Origin: Acidobacteriota bacterium
Lineage (GTDB): Bacteria; Acidobacteriota; UBA6911
Reading direction: 5' to 3'
DNA: 64,000 bases
Assembly: GCA_031271905.1 (NCBI GenBank)
Contig: JAISUT010000032.1
Span: forward strand, 13,887 to 77,886
Below are positions 12,120-22,152 of the stretch, in pieces. Position 1 is the first letter of the stretch, and each line of letters opens with the position of its first letter. The position numbers and the translations under genes are program-made. A model generated the notes under the pieces. It had not been told where the DNA came from. It did no database searches and worked only from the letters and a program-made list of their open reading frames with translations.

Positions 12120-12770
12120 ATGCTGAACTACATCTGGCTGGCGATGGTGGTCTTGGCCGTCGTGCTGGGCGGCATCAACGGGCGCATCGAGGAGGTGACC
12201 AAGGCCGCCATCGACGCGGCGGGGGGCGCGGTGACGATCGCCATCGGCCTTATCGGCGTGATGGCGCTGTGGCTGGGGGTGGTCAAGGTCGCCGAGGACT
12301 CCGGCCTCATGAAGCTGCTTTCCCGCGCCATCGCCCCCGTATTGAAATGGCTGTTCCCGGACGTGCCGCCCGGGCATCCGGCGATGGGGAGCATGACGAT
12401 GAACATCGCCGCCAACCTGCTCGGGCTCAGCAACGCCGCCACCCCGCTCGGACTGAAGGCGATGCAGGATTTGGAGTCGCTCAACAAGGCGCCCGGGGTC
12501 GCCACCAACGCCATGTGCACGTTCCTGACGATCAACACCGGCAGCGTGCAGTTGATACCGGCGACGATGATCGGCGTGATGGCGGCGGCGGGTTCCAAGG
12601 CGCCGACGGAGATCATCGGCACGACGCTCGCCGCAGGCGTCGCCGCCCTCGCCGTCGGGGTGGCGGTGGCGCGGCTGTTGCAAAACCTGCCGCTGTTCGC
12701 GGTGCGACGGCAGGAGCCGGAGGCGCGACCTGGGCCGCCGGCTTCCGAAAAGCCGGGGGAGGGGGCGTGA
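12120..12770 (+). CDS. Nucleoside-recognition (Gate) domain membrane protein, SpmA-like
   Basis: Hydrophobic; MLNYIWLAMVVLAVVLGGINGRIEEVTKAAIDAA N-terminus typical of SpmA. Confidence 0.65.
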   Translation: MLNYIWLAMVVLAVVLGGINGRIEEVTKAAIDAAGGAVTIAIGLIGVMALWLGVVKVAEDSGLMKLLSRAIAPVLKWLFPDVPPGHPAMGSMTMNIAANLLGLSNAATPLGLKAMQDLESLNKAPGVATNAMCTFLTINTGSVQLIPATMIGVMAAAGSKAPTEIIGTTLAAGVAALAVGVAVARLLQNLPLFAVRRQEPEARPGPPASEKPGEGA

Positions 12771-13306
12771 TGGCATCCCGTCTGATCGATGTCGTCTCCA
12801 CCTGGGCCGTCCCCCTCTTCCTGGTCGCCGTCCCCGTCTACGGCGCGATAAAGAAGGTGAAGGTGTACGAGAGCTTCGTGGAGGGCGCAAAGGGAGGGGT
12901 GCAGACGGCGGTGCGCATCATCCCGTATCTTGTCGCCATGCTGGTCGCGGTGGGGATGTTGCGTGCGGCGGGGGCGATAGACTTGATGGCGTCGGCGCTC
13001 GACCCGCTGCTCAGCCGGATCCGCTTCCCCTCGGAGATACTGCCGCTGGCGATCATGCGCCCCCTGTCGGGGAGCGGCTCGCTAGGCATCGTGACGGAGC
13101 TGGTGAGCACCTACGGGCCGGACTCGTTCATCGGGCGGCTGGCGGCATCGGCATACGGCAGCACCGAGACCACCTTTTACGTGCTGGCGGTCTATTTCGG
13201 CGCGGTGGGCGTGCGCAAGACCCGCCATGCGGTCGTCGCCGGGCTGACGGCGGACGTGGTGAGCCTGCTCGTCGCCTTCCTCGTCTGCCGCCTCGCCTTC
13301 ATGTAA
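12770..13306 (+). CDS. Nucleoside-recognition domain membrane protein, SpmB-like
   Basis: ATGA start/stop overlap with the upstream gene; SpmB-like hydrophobic profile. Confidence 0.65.
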   Translation: MASRLIDVVSTWAVPLFLVAVPVYGAIKKVKVYESFVEGAKGGVQTAVRIIPYLVAMLVAVGMLRAAGAIDLMASALDPLLSRIRFPSEILPLAIMRPLSGSGSLGIVTELVSTYGPDSFIGRLAASAYGSTETTFYVLAVYFGAVGVRKTRHAVVAGLTADVVSLLVAFLVCRLAFM

Positions 13307-13332
13307 GGGGGGCGGGAACCGGGTCCGCCCTT

Positions 13333-13398
13333 GAGGGAACCTCTAACAACCCCGGACAACGGCGCCAGCGCCTTGCATGCGAGCTTTTTAGACGCCCC
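13333..13398 (+). repeat. MITE/REP-like element, short form, degenerate (copy D)
   Basis: gagggaaCCTCTAACAACCCCGGACAACGGCGCCAGCGCCTTGCATGCGAGCTTTTTAGACGccccc; between convergent genes. Confidence 0.75.
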
Positions 13399-13399
13399 C

Positions 13400-14179
13400 T
13401 TAAGATTGCCTGGCGCCGGGGCGGTTCAGCTCGAACAGCGTCTTCAAGCCTTCCAAGGCGAGCCATGGCTCCACGATGTCGATCGCGCAGGTCTCCCCGG
13501 CGATCTGCTCCGCCAGCGCGCCCGTGGCGACGGTCTTCATCTCGGGGCCTAGCTCCGCGCGGAAGCGCGCGACCATCCCCTCCACCAGCCCCACGTAGCC
13601 GTACAGGAGCCCCGATTGCAGAGAGTGCACGGTGTTGCGCCCGATGGCGGACGGGGGGCGCAGCAGCTCCACTCGGGGGAGCTTGGCGGCGCGGCGGAAG
13701 AGCGCGTCGGCGGCGATGCCGACGCCGGGGGCGATGGCGCCGCCCAGGTACTCCCCGCTGGCGGAAAGGGCGTCGAAGGAGGTGGCGGTGCCGAAATCGA
13801 CGACGCAGACGGGGCCCTTGTAAAGCCGCCGCACGGCGACGGCGTTGACCACGCGGTCGGCACCGACCTGTTTGGGGTCTTCGTAGCGCAACGGGATCCC
13901 GGTGCGGGTCCCCGCGTCCACGACCAGGGGATCGGCGCGCAGATAGTCGCGGCAGGCGCGTTCCACGACGCCGGTCAGGGGCGGCACGACCGATGCGATC
14001 GCCACGCCCCGCACGCCGCCCCCGCCGCCGGCGCGCTCCAAGAGCTGCGTCACCAAGATGCCGTACTCGTCCGAAGTGCGCTCGTTGTCCGACGCCAGCC
14101 GCCAATGCGAGCCGAGCCGGTCGCCGTCGAACAGCCCCAGGGTGATGCCGGTGTTACCGATGTCGATGGCCAGCAACAT
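13400..14179 (-). CDS. coaX: Type III pantothenate kinase
   Basis: MLLAIDIGNTGITLGLF N-terminus; ASKHA fold motifs. Confidence 0.85.
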   Translation of the reverse strand: MLLAIDIGNTGITLGLFDGDRLGSHWRLASDNERTSDEYGILVTQLLERAGGGGGVRGVAIASVVPPLTGVVERACRDYLRADPLVVDAGTRTGIPLRYEDPKQVGADRVVNAVAVRRLYKGPVCVVDFGTATSFDALSASGEYLGGAIAPGVGIAADALFRRAAKLPRVELLRPPSAIGRNTVHSLQSGLLYGYVGLVEGMVARFRAELGPEMKTVATGALAEQIAGETCAIDIVEPWLALEGLKTLFELNRPGARQS

Positions 14180-14194
14180 GGCGTCCTCGCGTCC

Positions 14195-15025
14195 TCACAG
14201 AAGGATGTTGTCGATGAGCCGGGTCTCGCCGACGCAAGCGGCGAGGGAGAGGAGCGCGCCGGAGGCCGCCTCCGGGAGCTCCTCCAACGTGTCGGGGTCG
14301 GCGACCGAGACGTACTGCGCGGTCACGAGAGGCTCGGCGGCGATCATCTCGCCCACGGCGTCCCGCAACGCCTCCGCGCCCCGCTCGCCCGCGTCGAACC
14401 TCGCCTTTGCCGCCGAGAGCGCCCGGTAAAGGACTGTGGCGGCATTGCGCTCCTGGGGGCCGAGATAGGCGTTGCGGCTGCTCATCGCCAGCCCGTCCGG
14501 CTCGCGGACGATGGGACAGACCACCAACTCCACGGAGAAGTTCAGGTCGGCGACCATGCGCCGCAACACCGCCACTTGCTGGGCGTCCTTTTGCCCGAAG
14601 TAGGCCCGGTCGGGGGTGAAGGAATGCAGCAGCTTGGTCACGACGGTCGCCACGCCGCAGAAGTGCCCCGGCCTGTGCGCGCCCTCCAGCGGCCTCGACA
14701 CCTTGTCCACCGCGATCCACGTCTGGTAGCCGTCGGGATACATGACCTCCGGCGTCGGCGTCCAGACCGCATCGACGCCCAAACTCCCGAGCAACGCCAA
14801 GTCCTTTTCGATGGTGCGCGGGTATTTGGACAGATCCTCGCCGGGGACGAACTGCGTCGGGTTGACGAAGATGCTGACCCCGACGTGGTCGCATTCCAGG
14901 CGCGCCCGCCGGATGAGCGAGGCGTGCCCTTCGTGCAGCGCCCCCATGGTCGGGATCAGCCCGAAGACTCCCGGCAACGCCCGCCGGATGGTCCGCAGTT
15001 CAGAAAGATTCTCAGTCACACGCAT
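14195..15025 (-). CDS. panC: Pantoate--beta-alanine ligase
   Basis: PTMGALHEGHASLI HIGH-like motif; family length. Confidence 0.9.
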   Translation of the reverse strand: MRVTENLSELRTIRRALPGVFGLIPTMGALHEGHASLIRRARLECDHVGVSIFVNPTQFVPGEDLSKYPRTIEKDLALLGSLGVDAVWTPTPEVMYPDGYQTWIAVDKVSRPLEGAHRPGHFCGVATVVTKLLHSFTPDRAYFGQKDAQQVAVLRRMVADLNFSVELVVCPIVREPDGLAMSSRNAYLGPQERNAATVLYRALSAAKARFDAGERGAEALRDAVGEMIAAEPLVTAQYVSVADPDTLEELPEAASGALLSLAACVGETRLIDNILL

Positions 15026-15049
15026 GGTCGCCCCCGTACAACATGATTC

Positions 15050-15964
15050 CTATCCCCGTGCGGACGGATGCGCCAGCATCATCCGCCAAAGCGCCTCGTT
15101 GACCGGGACCGGGACGCCCAGCCGCCGCCCTTCCCGCGCCACCGCGCCGTTGATGGCGTCGCACTCGGTCTGTGCGCCCCGCGCCACGTCCTGGAGCATC
15201 GAGGAGCGGTTGCCCGCCGTGCGCCGCGCCACCGCGCGCACCGCCGCGGCCGCGTCGTCGAACGGCAGGGCGATCCCGCGGGCGCGGGCGACTGCGGCGC
15301 ATTCCGACGCCGCGCGCTCCATCAGCGCCGCCGAGGCGCGCCGGTGGAGGAGTTCGCCGTTGGTCGCGCCGCACAAGGCGGTCAGCGCGTTGATGCCGCA
15401 GTTGACGGCGAGCTTGCCCCAGACCAGGCCTTCGGCCCGCTCCGGGGAGCAGGCGCGGGCGGCGAACCCCGCGCGGCGAAACAACCCGGCCACGGCGTCC
15501 GCCGTCAACCCCGCATGGGATCCATCCGGTGCGGCGACGCAGGTCTCGCCCGCCCCCCGGTGGGCGACGACGCCCGGGGCGAGCGATGTCGCGCCTTCCG
15601 AGGTGACACCCGCCCAAGCCCGCACGCCGAGCGCCTCGACGTTGCCCAAGCCGTTCTGCAACGTGAGCGCCACGCCGCCAGGCTTGAGTTTCCCCCCCAA
15701 GCATCCGGCGACGCGCGGCGTCTGCCAGGACTTCACCAGCACCACCGCGAGATCCGCCCGTGGCACCGCCTCGTCCGGGAAGGCGGCGCGCACGCCGGCG
15801 ACGCGAACCCCCGAGGCGTCCTCGATGCGGATGCCATCCCGGCGCATGGCGGCGACCGCCTCCCCCCAAGTCCCGACCACCGACACCTCGGCGACCCCCG
15901 CGAGCGCGAAGCGCGCGGCGAATAGGCTTGCCATCGCCCCCGTCCCGAAGAAGGTGACGTTCAT
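15050..15964 (-). CDS. panE: 2-dehydropantoate 2-reductase (ApbA/PanE family)
   Basis: N-terminal Rossmann GxGxxG (FFGTGAMAS); lies within the pan cluster; internal Met start chosen. Confidence 0.7.
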   Translation of the reverse strand: MNVTFFGTGAMASLFAARFALAGVAEVSVVGTWGEAVAAMRRDGIRIEDASGVRVAGVRAAFPDEAVPRADLAVVLVKSWQTPRVAGCLGGKLKPGGVALTLQNGLGNVEALGVRAWAGVTSEGATSLAPGVVAHRGAGETCVAAPDGSHAGLTADAVAGLFRRAGFAARACSPERAEGLVWGKLAVNCGINALTALCGATNGELLHRRASAALMERAASECAAVARARGIALPFDDAAAAVRAVARRTAGNRSSMLQDVARGAQTECDAINGAVAREGRRLGVPVPVNEALWRMMLAHPSARG

Positions 15965-16072
15965 GGGAGCCTCCAAAAACCCCGGACGCTGCGTTGCGCC
16001 TTGGTTGAAAACGCCCCTTCGCCTCAGCGAACTCCGCTTTTCGACCTGCGTCTGCGAGCTTTTTAGAGGCCC
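15965..16072 (+). repeat. MITE/REP-like element, long form (copy E)
   Basis: gggagCCTCCAAAAACCCCGGACGCTGCGTTGCGCCTTGGTTGAAAACGCC...TCTGCGAGCTTTTTAGAGGccc; lies between panE and panB inside the cluster. Confidence 0.9.
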
Positions 16073-16094
16073 ACCCGCGTCCGTCCGCCCGCCC

Positions 16095-17015
16095 TTACTG
16101 CAACCGGTCGGGCGCAGTCCCCTCGGATTCGAGTTCGGCCTCCAGCATCTCGATCTCGCGCACCAGCTCGCGATACTCCTGCGCGTCCATCGCGTGGGAG
16201 TGCTCGGGGGCGGGGAAGCGGCGCGACCTCACGTCGTCGATGTAGGCGCCGAACGCCTCGCTCATGTGCGAGAAGATGTCGCCGTACCTTTTGACGAAAT
16301 GCGGCGTGAAGCGGTCGAAGAACCCGAGCACGTCGTGTACCACCAGGCATTGGCCGTCGCAGCCCGCGCCCGCGCCGACGCTGATGACCGGGACGGCGAG
16401 CCTCTGGGTGATGAGCGCCGCGAGCTCCTCGGGAACCGCCTCGATCAGGACGGAGAAACAGCCGGCGTCCTCCAGGATCAGCGCGTCCTCGATCAGGCGG
16501 CGCGCCGCGACCGCCGACTTCCCCTGCACCTTCCAGCCCCCCAGTTGGTGCACGCTCTGCGGCGTGAGGCCGATGTGCCCCATGACGGGGATGCCCGCCT
16601 CGACGATAGACCTGACGGCAGGGACGCGCTCGCGCCCCCCTTCGAGCTTCACGGCGTCCATCCCCCCTTTTTGCATGAGGCGTCCGGCGTTGCGCGTCGC
16701 CTCGGAGACCGACGCCTGGTAGGACATGAAGGGCAGGTCTCCCACCAGCAGGGCGCGCTTGGCGCCTCGGGCGACGGCGCGGCAGTGGTGGATCATGTCC
16801 TGCATGGTCACAGGCAGGGTGTTGTCATAGCCGAGCACGACCATGCCGAGGGAGTCGCCGACCAGGATGCCGTCGATGCCGGCGCGGTCGAGCGCCACGG
16901 CGGTCGGATAGTCGTAGCCGGTCAGCATCGTGATCGGCTCGCCGTGCACTTTCTTTGCCTGCCAGACGTGCGTGGTCATCTTGCGCGCGGCGTTCGGGGC
17001 GGAATCAGAGGGCAT
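16095..17015 (-). CDS. panB: 3-methyl-2-oxobutanoate hydroxymethyltransferase
   Basis: TMLTGYDYPTA motif; AAGGAGA Shine-Dalgarno sequence 8 nt upstream of the ATG at 17015. Confidence 0.9.
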   Translation of the reverse strand: MPSDSAPNAARKMTTHVWQAKKVHGEPITMLTGYDYPTAVALDRAGIDGILVGDSLGMVVLGYDNTLPVTMQDMIHHCRAVARGAKRALLVGDLPFMSYQASVSEATRNAGRLMQKGGMDAVKLEGGRERVPAVRSIVEAGIPVMGHIGLTPQSVHQLGGWKVQGKSAVAARRLIEDALILEDAGCFSVLIEAVPEELAALITQRLAVPVISVGAGAGCDGQCLVVHDVLGFFDRFTPHFVKRYGDIFSHMSEAFGAYIDDVRSRRFPAPEHSHAMDAQEYRELVREIEMLEAELESEGTAPDRLQ

Positions 17016-17306
17016 GGCTATCTTCTCCTTAAGAGTAAGATGCCTGTTCTGCAACCGGGGTGGAAACAAACAGGCTTGTACGGATGAAACATCCGGTCTC
17101 GCCGTCCCGGTCTACCATCGGATCCAGGCGGCAACGGGATATTTTAGCAGTCCGCGCCGAAAGTACAACGGACGACGTTTGCAGGGCGGTGTTCGCCCAC
17201 GCGAATCCCATGTGAATCAATGTGAATCAATCCTAGACTTCCCGTGCGCTCCGGTTCAGCATAAGATGTTCTCGATGAAACCTCATCGCCTCACGGCGCA
17301 TACGGT

Positions 17307-17873
17307 TTGATTGGAAGGGACATGAACCTCTACGGACAACTGCTCCTCACTTTCACGAAGATCGGGGCGTTCACCATCGGCGGCGGTTACGCCATGTTGC
17401 CGCTTATCGAGAAGGAGGTGGTCGAGCGGAAAAAATGGGCGGCGCCGAAGGAGTTCCTCGACATGGTCGCCATCGCCCAAGCCATGCCGGGGGTTTTCGC
17501 GGTGAACATCTCCATCCTCGCCGGGTACAAGTTGAAAAAGACGCCGGGCGGCGTCGTGGCGGCGCTGGGCGCAGTCCTCCCCGCCTTCCTGATAATCTTG
17601 GCGGTCGCCGCGTTCTTCCGGCATTTCAACGAGGACGGCCATGTCGCCGATGCGTTCAAAGCCATCCGCCCCGCCGTGGTCGCCTTGATCGCCGTGCCGG
17701 TTTTCAAGACGGCCAAGGAAGTCGGCGTCAACAGGAAGACCGTCGCCATCCCCGTCGCCGCCGCCTTGCTGATCTGGCGTTGGGGCGTCTCGCCGGTCTA
17801 TGTGGTCCTGGCTGCGGCGCTGGGAGGGATATGCTTCGCGCGCTGGCGCAACCGGAAGGGCGGGCGGCCATGA
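17307..17873 (+). CDS. chrA: Chromate transporter ChrA, short-chain half (N-terminal paralog)
   Basis: GGGYAMLPLIEKEVVERKKW motif; about 188 aa. Confidence 0.8.
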   Translation: MIGRDMNLYGQLLLTFTKIGAFTIGGGYAMLPLIEKEVVERKKWAAPKEFLDMVAIAQAMPGVFAVNISILAGYKLKKTPGGVVAALGAVLPAFLIILAVAAFFRHFNEDGHVADAFKAIRPAVVALIAVPVFKTAKEVGVNRKTVAIPVAAALLIWRWGVSPVYVVLAAALGGICFARWRNRKGGRP

Positions 17874-18394
17874 TCTACCTGGAACTGCTCTTGTCCTATC
17901 TCAAGATCGGGCTGTTCGGCTTCGGCGGCGGATATGCGATGCTGCCCCTCATCCGGCACGAGGTCGTGGAGAGGAACGGATGGTTGAACGGGGCGCAGTT
18001 CACGGACATCGTGGCGGTTTCGCAGATGACGCCCGGCCCCATCGGCATCAACTCGGCGACTTACATCGGCTACACGGTGACGGGCAACGTCTGGGGAGCG
18101 GTCATCGCCACCGTCGCCGTCTGCCTGCCGTCGTTCGCCCTGGTTTTGTGCGTCGCGCGCGTCTACGCCCGGTTCAGCGCCAACCGCCACGTCGCCGGCG
18201 CGCTCGCCGCCCTCCGCCCCGCGACGGTGGGGCTGATCGCCGCCGCGGCCCTCCTGCTGGTGAACTCCGAGAACTTCATCGACTGGAAAAGCGTCCTCGT
18301 ATTCATCGCCGCCTTTGTCCTGACCCAGCGCTTCAAGCTCCATCCCATCCTGACGATCCTGCTGGCGGGGGCGGCGGGCATGATGATCTACTGA
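17870..18394 (+). CDS. chrA: Chromate transporter ChrA, short-chain half (C-terminal paralog)
   Basis: GGGYAMLPLIRHEVVERNGW motif; ATGA overlap with the upstream half. Confidence 0.8.
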   Translation: MIYLELLLSYLKIGLFGFGGGYAMLPLIRHEVVERNGWLNGAQFTDIVAVSQMTPGPIGINSATYIGYTVTGNVWGAVIATVAVCLPSFALVLCVARVYARFSANRHVAGALAALRPATVGLIAAAALLLVNSENFIDWKSVLVFIAAFVLTQRFKLHPILTILLAGAAGMMIY

Positions 18395-18491
18395 GCGCGG
18401 CGCCGCCCGATTTTCTCATCCGCCCCCCCTTAAATTTAACGCGATTCATTGACAAGTCGCGGGGTTCCTGTTAGTTTATTGCGACCATTGC

Positions 18492-18566
<75 letters not shown>

Positions 18567-18644
18567 ACGCACGGTCCGGCACAGCCCCGACACCATCCCC
18601 ACGGCGTCCCGATCGCCGATAACCACGCGGGAACTCCTGCAGGG

Positions 18645-18710
18645 GGGACCTCTAAAAACCCCGGACGCTGCGTTGCACCCTTGATCAAAAACGCCCGTTT
18701 GCCTTGCGCC
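18645..18710 (+). repeat. MITE/REP-like element, truncated long form (left half only, copy F)
   Basis: ggggggaCCTCTAAAAACCCCGGACGCTGCGTTGCACCCTTGATCAAAAACGCCCGTTTGCC; no right terminal repeat. Confidence 0.75.
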
Positions 18711-18941
18711 AATGATCGCGTTAAATCGTTCGCTCCAATTCCCCGAAGTGCATCGCACCATAAGTTTTCAGTTGACAGCAGGCGGTGCCGTAAAAGCGGC
18801 GTGTTTGATTTCCTTGCCTTCAATCAAAAGCCGAGGCCAGAGGGGGAAATCACATGCGGCGAAGCCGCCTCCTGCAGAGGCTGACCACCGCCAACCGCCA
18901 ACTGTCAACTAAAGCAACCCGCCGTTTGGCGCGCCGACTTC

Positions 18942-19913
18942 TTACTCCCAGCCGGTCTGGGAGTTGTACGGCGCCATGAAGCCCATCGCCTCGATCTCGT
19001 GGATCTGGCCGCCCCAGATCTTGTAGATGTGCATCGCGGGCAGGTCGAACGGGTCGAACTGCATCGAGGTCGTCTGGCTGGCGGGGTTGTTGAGCACCGG
19101 GTACTCCTTCTCCTTCATGTCGTGGCGGAAGTGGGAGAAGCCCATCGCCAAGCCCGTCAACTCGTCGGCGACCTCCACGCGGCGGTGGTCGATGGTGTCG
19201 ATGTACAGGAACGTCTGCGAGTCGAGCTGCGCCTTGCAGTCCAGCATGCCGAGCAGGCTCGGGGGCGGGGCGGCCACGCCGGGGATGCCGGCGCCGCCCA
19301 GCGACGGGCCGCCGTAGGGCGCCGTGCGCATGCCGTTCTCGCGCCGCTCACAGTCGGAGGCGAACGGGGCGAGGCCGCCGTTGTTCAGGTCGAGCGCGTC
19401 ATAGTACGACTTGGCGATGTGTACGAGCCGGCCGCGCGAGTCACGGTACTCATACGGGATCTCCATCGGGATGGCCGGGCGCACCTTCTGCATGTTGTCC
19501 AGCGCCCCGCCGGTCGGCTCGGCCAGCATGTGCTCGGCCTCGACGATCTTGCCGCCGACCACCTTCAGCCGGAAGCCGACCTGGGTCGGCTTGTTGTCCG
19601 ACTGGATCATGAACATGCCGCCCACCTGTTGCGAGTATGTGTCGGGGATCGTGATCTTGAACTCGGTCGGGCCGGACGTGGTGGTCTTCCACAGCCCCTC
19701 GCCGGGCTTGATGCGCTTGGCGTTCTCGACCATTTTGACGTTGGCGTCGAGCGGGACTTTGTTGGGGGCGTGCGCGGCAAGCGCCGCGAAATAGTCGTCC
19801 GCCAGTTTGATGAGCGCCGCCCTGTCCAGGTCTGCGGCATGGGCGCCACTTGCCGCCACGAACAGCATGGCGGCGCACAACAACGCGGTGAATCTCGTTC
19901 GTTTCATAGTCAT
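18942..19913 (-). CDS. Hypothetical secreted protein
   Basis: Signal peptide (MKRTRFTALLCAAMLFVAASGAHA); no recognisable motifs; start chosen at MTMKRTRF. Confidence 0.45.
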   Translation of the reverse strand: MTMKRTRFTALLCAAMLFVAASGAHAADLDRAALIKLADDYFAALAAHAPNKVPLDANVKMVENAKRIKPGEGLWKTTTSGPTEFKITIPDTYSQQVGGMFMIQSDNKPTQVGFRLKVVGGKIVEAEHMLAEPTGGALDNMQKVRPAIPMEIPYEYRDSRGRLVHIAKSYYDALDLNNGGLAPFASDCERRENGMRTAPYGGPSLGGAGIPGVAAPPPSLLGMLDCKAQLDSQTFLYIDTIDHRRVEVADELTGLAMGFSHFRHDMKEKEYPVLNNPASQTTSMQFDPFDLPAMHIYKIWGGQIHEIEAMGFMAPYNSQTGWE

Positions 19914-20263
19914 CCTATCCTCGTAGAAAGCGCGCAGGGACGCCTCGACGATCACGCGGGGCGATCTTTGCGCGCACACCCAGCATCCAGTCATTATTCG
20001 AAAATCCGGGGGAGCCCCGGAATCCCAAACCGACAACGCACCGATTCTATCCCGACAATGCCCGCGGAAGCAAAGAAAATAGCGCACGGCGGGGGTGCCC
20101 CGCCGCATCGCAACCATTTGCAACCGTTATCGTTGTTTCCTATTGACCATCGTCGTCAATAAAGTACATGATATGTGCTTCATCCGCGCGGGAGGGGCGG
20201 CGGCGACGGAAGCCGCACGCGCCGGCGGCGGGTTCTCGACGAGGTCTGGGAAGCGGAACGAAC

Positions 20264-20926
20264 ATGATCCAGGACGCGCTCAAGCTGTCACTTCTGGTCG
20301 TAAGCGTCGCCACCGTCATCATCGCGCTGGCGGGGACGGCGTTGGGGTTCCTGCTCGCCAGGGGCCGCTTCTGGGGCAAGGAGCTTCTGGACGCCACGCT
20401 GACCCTGCCCATGGTGCTGCCGCCGACCGTGACCGGGTACTACCTGATCCTGCTTTTGGGGAGGCGCGGCTGGCTGGGCGCCCCCCTGTACGCGCTGACC
20501 GGGTGGTCGGTGACCTTCACCTGGATCGCCGCAGTCGTCGCCTCGACGGTCGTCGCCATCCCGTTGATGATAAAGTCCGCGCGCGCCGCGCTGGAAAGCG
20601 TGAACCCCGACTACGAGACGGCATCCCGCGTCATGGGCAAGGGAGAGTGGGAGACCTTCTTCCGCGTCACCCTGCCGCTGGCGGGGAAAGGCATCTTGGC
20701 GGGCGTCATCCTGAGCTTCGCGCGGGCGTTCGGGGAGTTCGGCGCGACCATGATGCTGGCGGGCAACATCCGGGGGAAGACGCAGACGATGCCGCTGGCC
20801 ATCTACGAGGCGATGGCGGCGGGGGAGGACGCGCAAGCCACCTGGCTGGCGCTCGTCCTGACAGGCATCTCCATCACAGTCGTCTACATCACCAACCGCC
20901 TCGCGCGCCCGGTCGGGGGGAGGTGA
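20264..20926 (+). CDS. modB: Molybdate ABC transporter permease
   Basis: ABC-2 permease EAA-like loop (ARAFGEFGATMMLAGN); polytopic; gene order with modC. Confidence 0.85.
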   Translation: MIQDALKLSLLVVSVATVIIALAGTALGFLLARGRFWGKELLDATLTLPMVLPPTVTGYYLILLLGRRGWLGAPLYALTGWSVTFTWIAAVVASTVVAIPLMIKSARAALESVNPDYETASRVMGKGEWETFFRVTLPLAGKGILAGVILSFARAFGEFGATMMLAGNIRGKTQTMPLAIYEAMAAGEDAQATWLALVLTGISITVVYITNRLARPVGGR

Positions 20927-20928
20927 CC

Positions 20929-22008
20929 ATGCTCGACGCGCGCATCAGGAAAAAGCTTGGCGGGGGCGACGCCCCCGTGCTGGACGTCCATGTCAAGGCG
21001 GCGGACGGCATCACCGTCCTTTTCGGCCCTTCCGGCGCCGGCAAGACCAGCATCCTGCGCGCGGTCGCGGGCATCCTGGTGCCGGACGAAGGGAGGATCG
21101 CCCTGGGCGAGACGGTGTTCTTCGACGCGTCGGCGAAGGTCAACATCCCCATACGGAGGCGCCGGGTCGGTTACGTGTTCCAAAACCACCTGTTGTTCCC
21201 CCACATGACGGCGGAGCAGAACGCCCTTTACGGCGCACGCGGCGATGCGCGCAAGAGCGCCTTGGAGCGGGTACGCGGGCTTTTCGCCATGATGGGCATC
21301 TCCAAGGTCGCCGCACGCCGCCCGCACGAGCTGTCGGGCGGGGAGCAGCAACGGGTCGCGCTGGCGCGGGCGCTCGCGACCGACCCGGCCATCATGCTCC
21401 TGGACGAGCCGCTCTCGGCGGTGGACGCGGCGACGCGCGGGCGCCTGACCGAAGAGATCGCGGAGATACAGCGCCAGGCCGGCGTCCCCTTCCTTTACGT
21501 CACCCACAACCACACGGAGGCGCTGCGGCTGGGGAAGGCGATGCTGGTCATCGACGAGGGAAGGGTCGCGCAGACGGGCGCCCCCGCGGAGATATTCAAC
21601 GCCCCGCGCACGGCTTCGGTCGCCCGCGTGGTCGGCGCGGAGAACATCTTCCACGGGCGGGTCTTGCGCCACCTGACGGACGAGGGCACCACCGTCGTCG
21701 ATATCGGCGGCTGCGCGGTTGAAACTTCCTACAACGGCATGGGCATCGGCAAAAGCGTCACCTTGGGCATCCGCTCGGAGGACGTCCTGGTCTCGCGCGA
21801 GCATGTCACGCAAACCAGCGCCCGGAACGTGCTGCGGGGCGAGGTGGTCAGCATATTCCGCGACATCGACCGGGCGGACCTGGTCGTCAACTGCGGCGTG
21901 GACTTCAAGGTCGGGGTCACGCCCGCCACCGTGCGCAACATGGAGCTGGCGGAGGGAAGCCGGGTGTTCCTCCTGGTCAAGGCCCGCGCCGTCCACGTCC
22001 TCGCCTGA
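20929..22008 (+). CDS. modC: Molybdate ABC transporter ATP-binding protein with a C-terminal TOBE domain
   Basis: Walker A (GPSGAGKTS); ABC signature (LSGGEQQRVALARAL); Walker B (LLDEPLSAVD); TOBE-like C-terminus. Confidence 0.85.
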   Translation: MLDARIRKKLGGGDAPVLDVHVKAADGITVLFGPSGAGKTSILRAVAGILVPDEGRIALGETVFFDASAKVNIPIRRRRVGYVFQNHLLFPHMTAEQNALYGARGDARKSALERVRGLFAMMGISKVAARRPHELSGGEQQRVALARALATDPAIMLLDEPLSAVDAATRGRLTEEIAEIQRQAGVPFLYVTHNHTEALRLGKAMLVIDEGRVAQTGAPAEIFNAPRTASVARVVGAENIFHGRVLRHLTDEGTTVVDIGGCAVETSYNGMGIGKSVTLGIRSEDVLVSREHVTQTSARNVLRGEVVSIFRDIDRADLVVNCGVDFKVGVTPATVRNMELAEGSRVFLLVKARAVHVLA

Positions 22009-22152
22009 CGCTCCGCGCCAGCCCCGGCGAAGGAAATCCGGTAACAAATCCCCCGCGTCACGTAAATAAGACGTGCGGCGTGACAAGCCGCCGTTTGACG
22101 CAGGGGCGCTTCACCTGTCTAAAATGCTTTTACTATAAAGGAGGGATCGCGT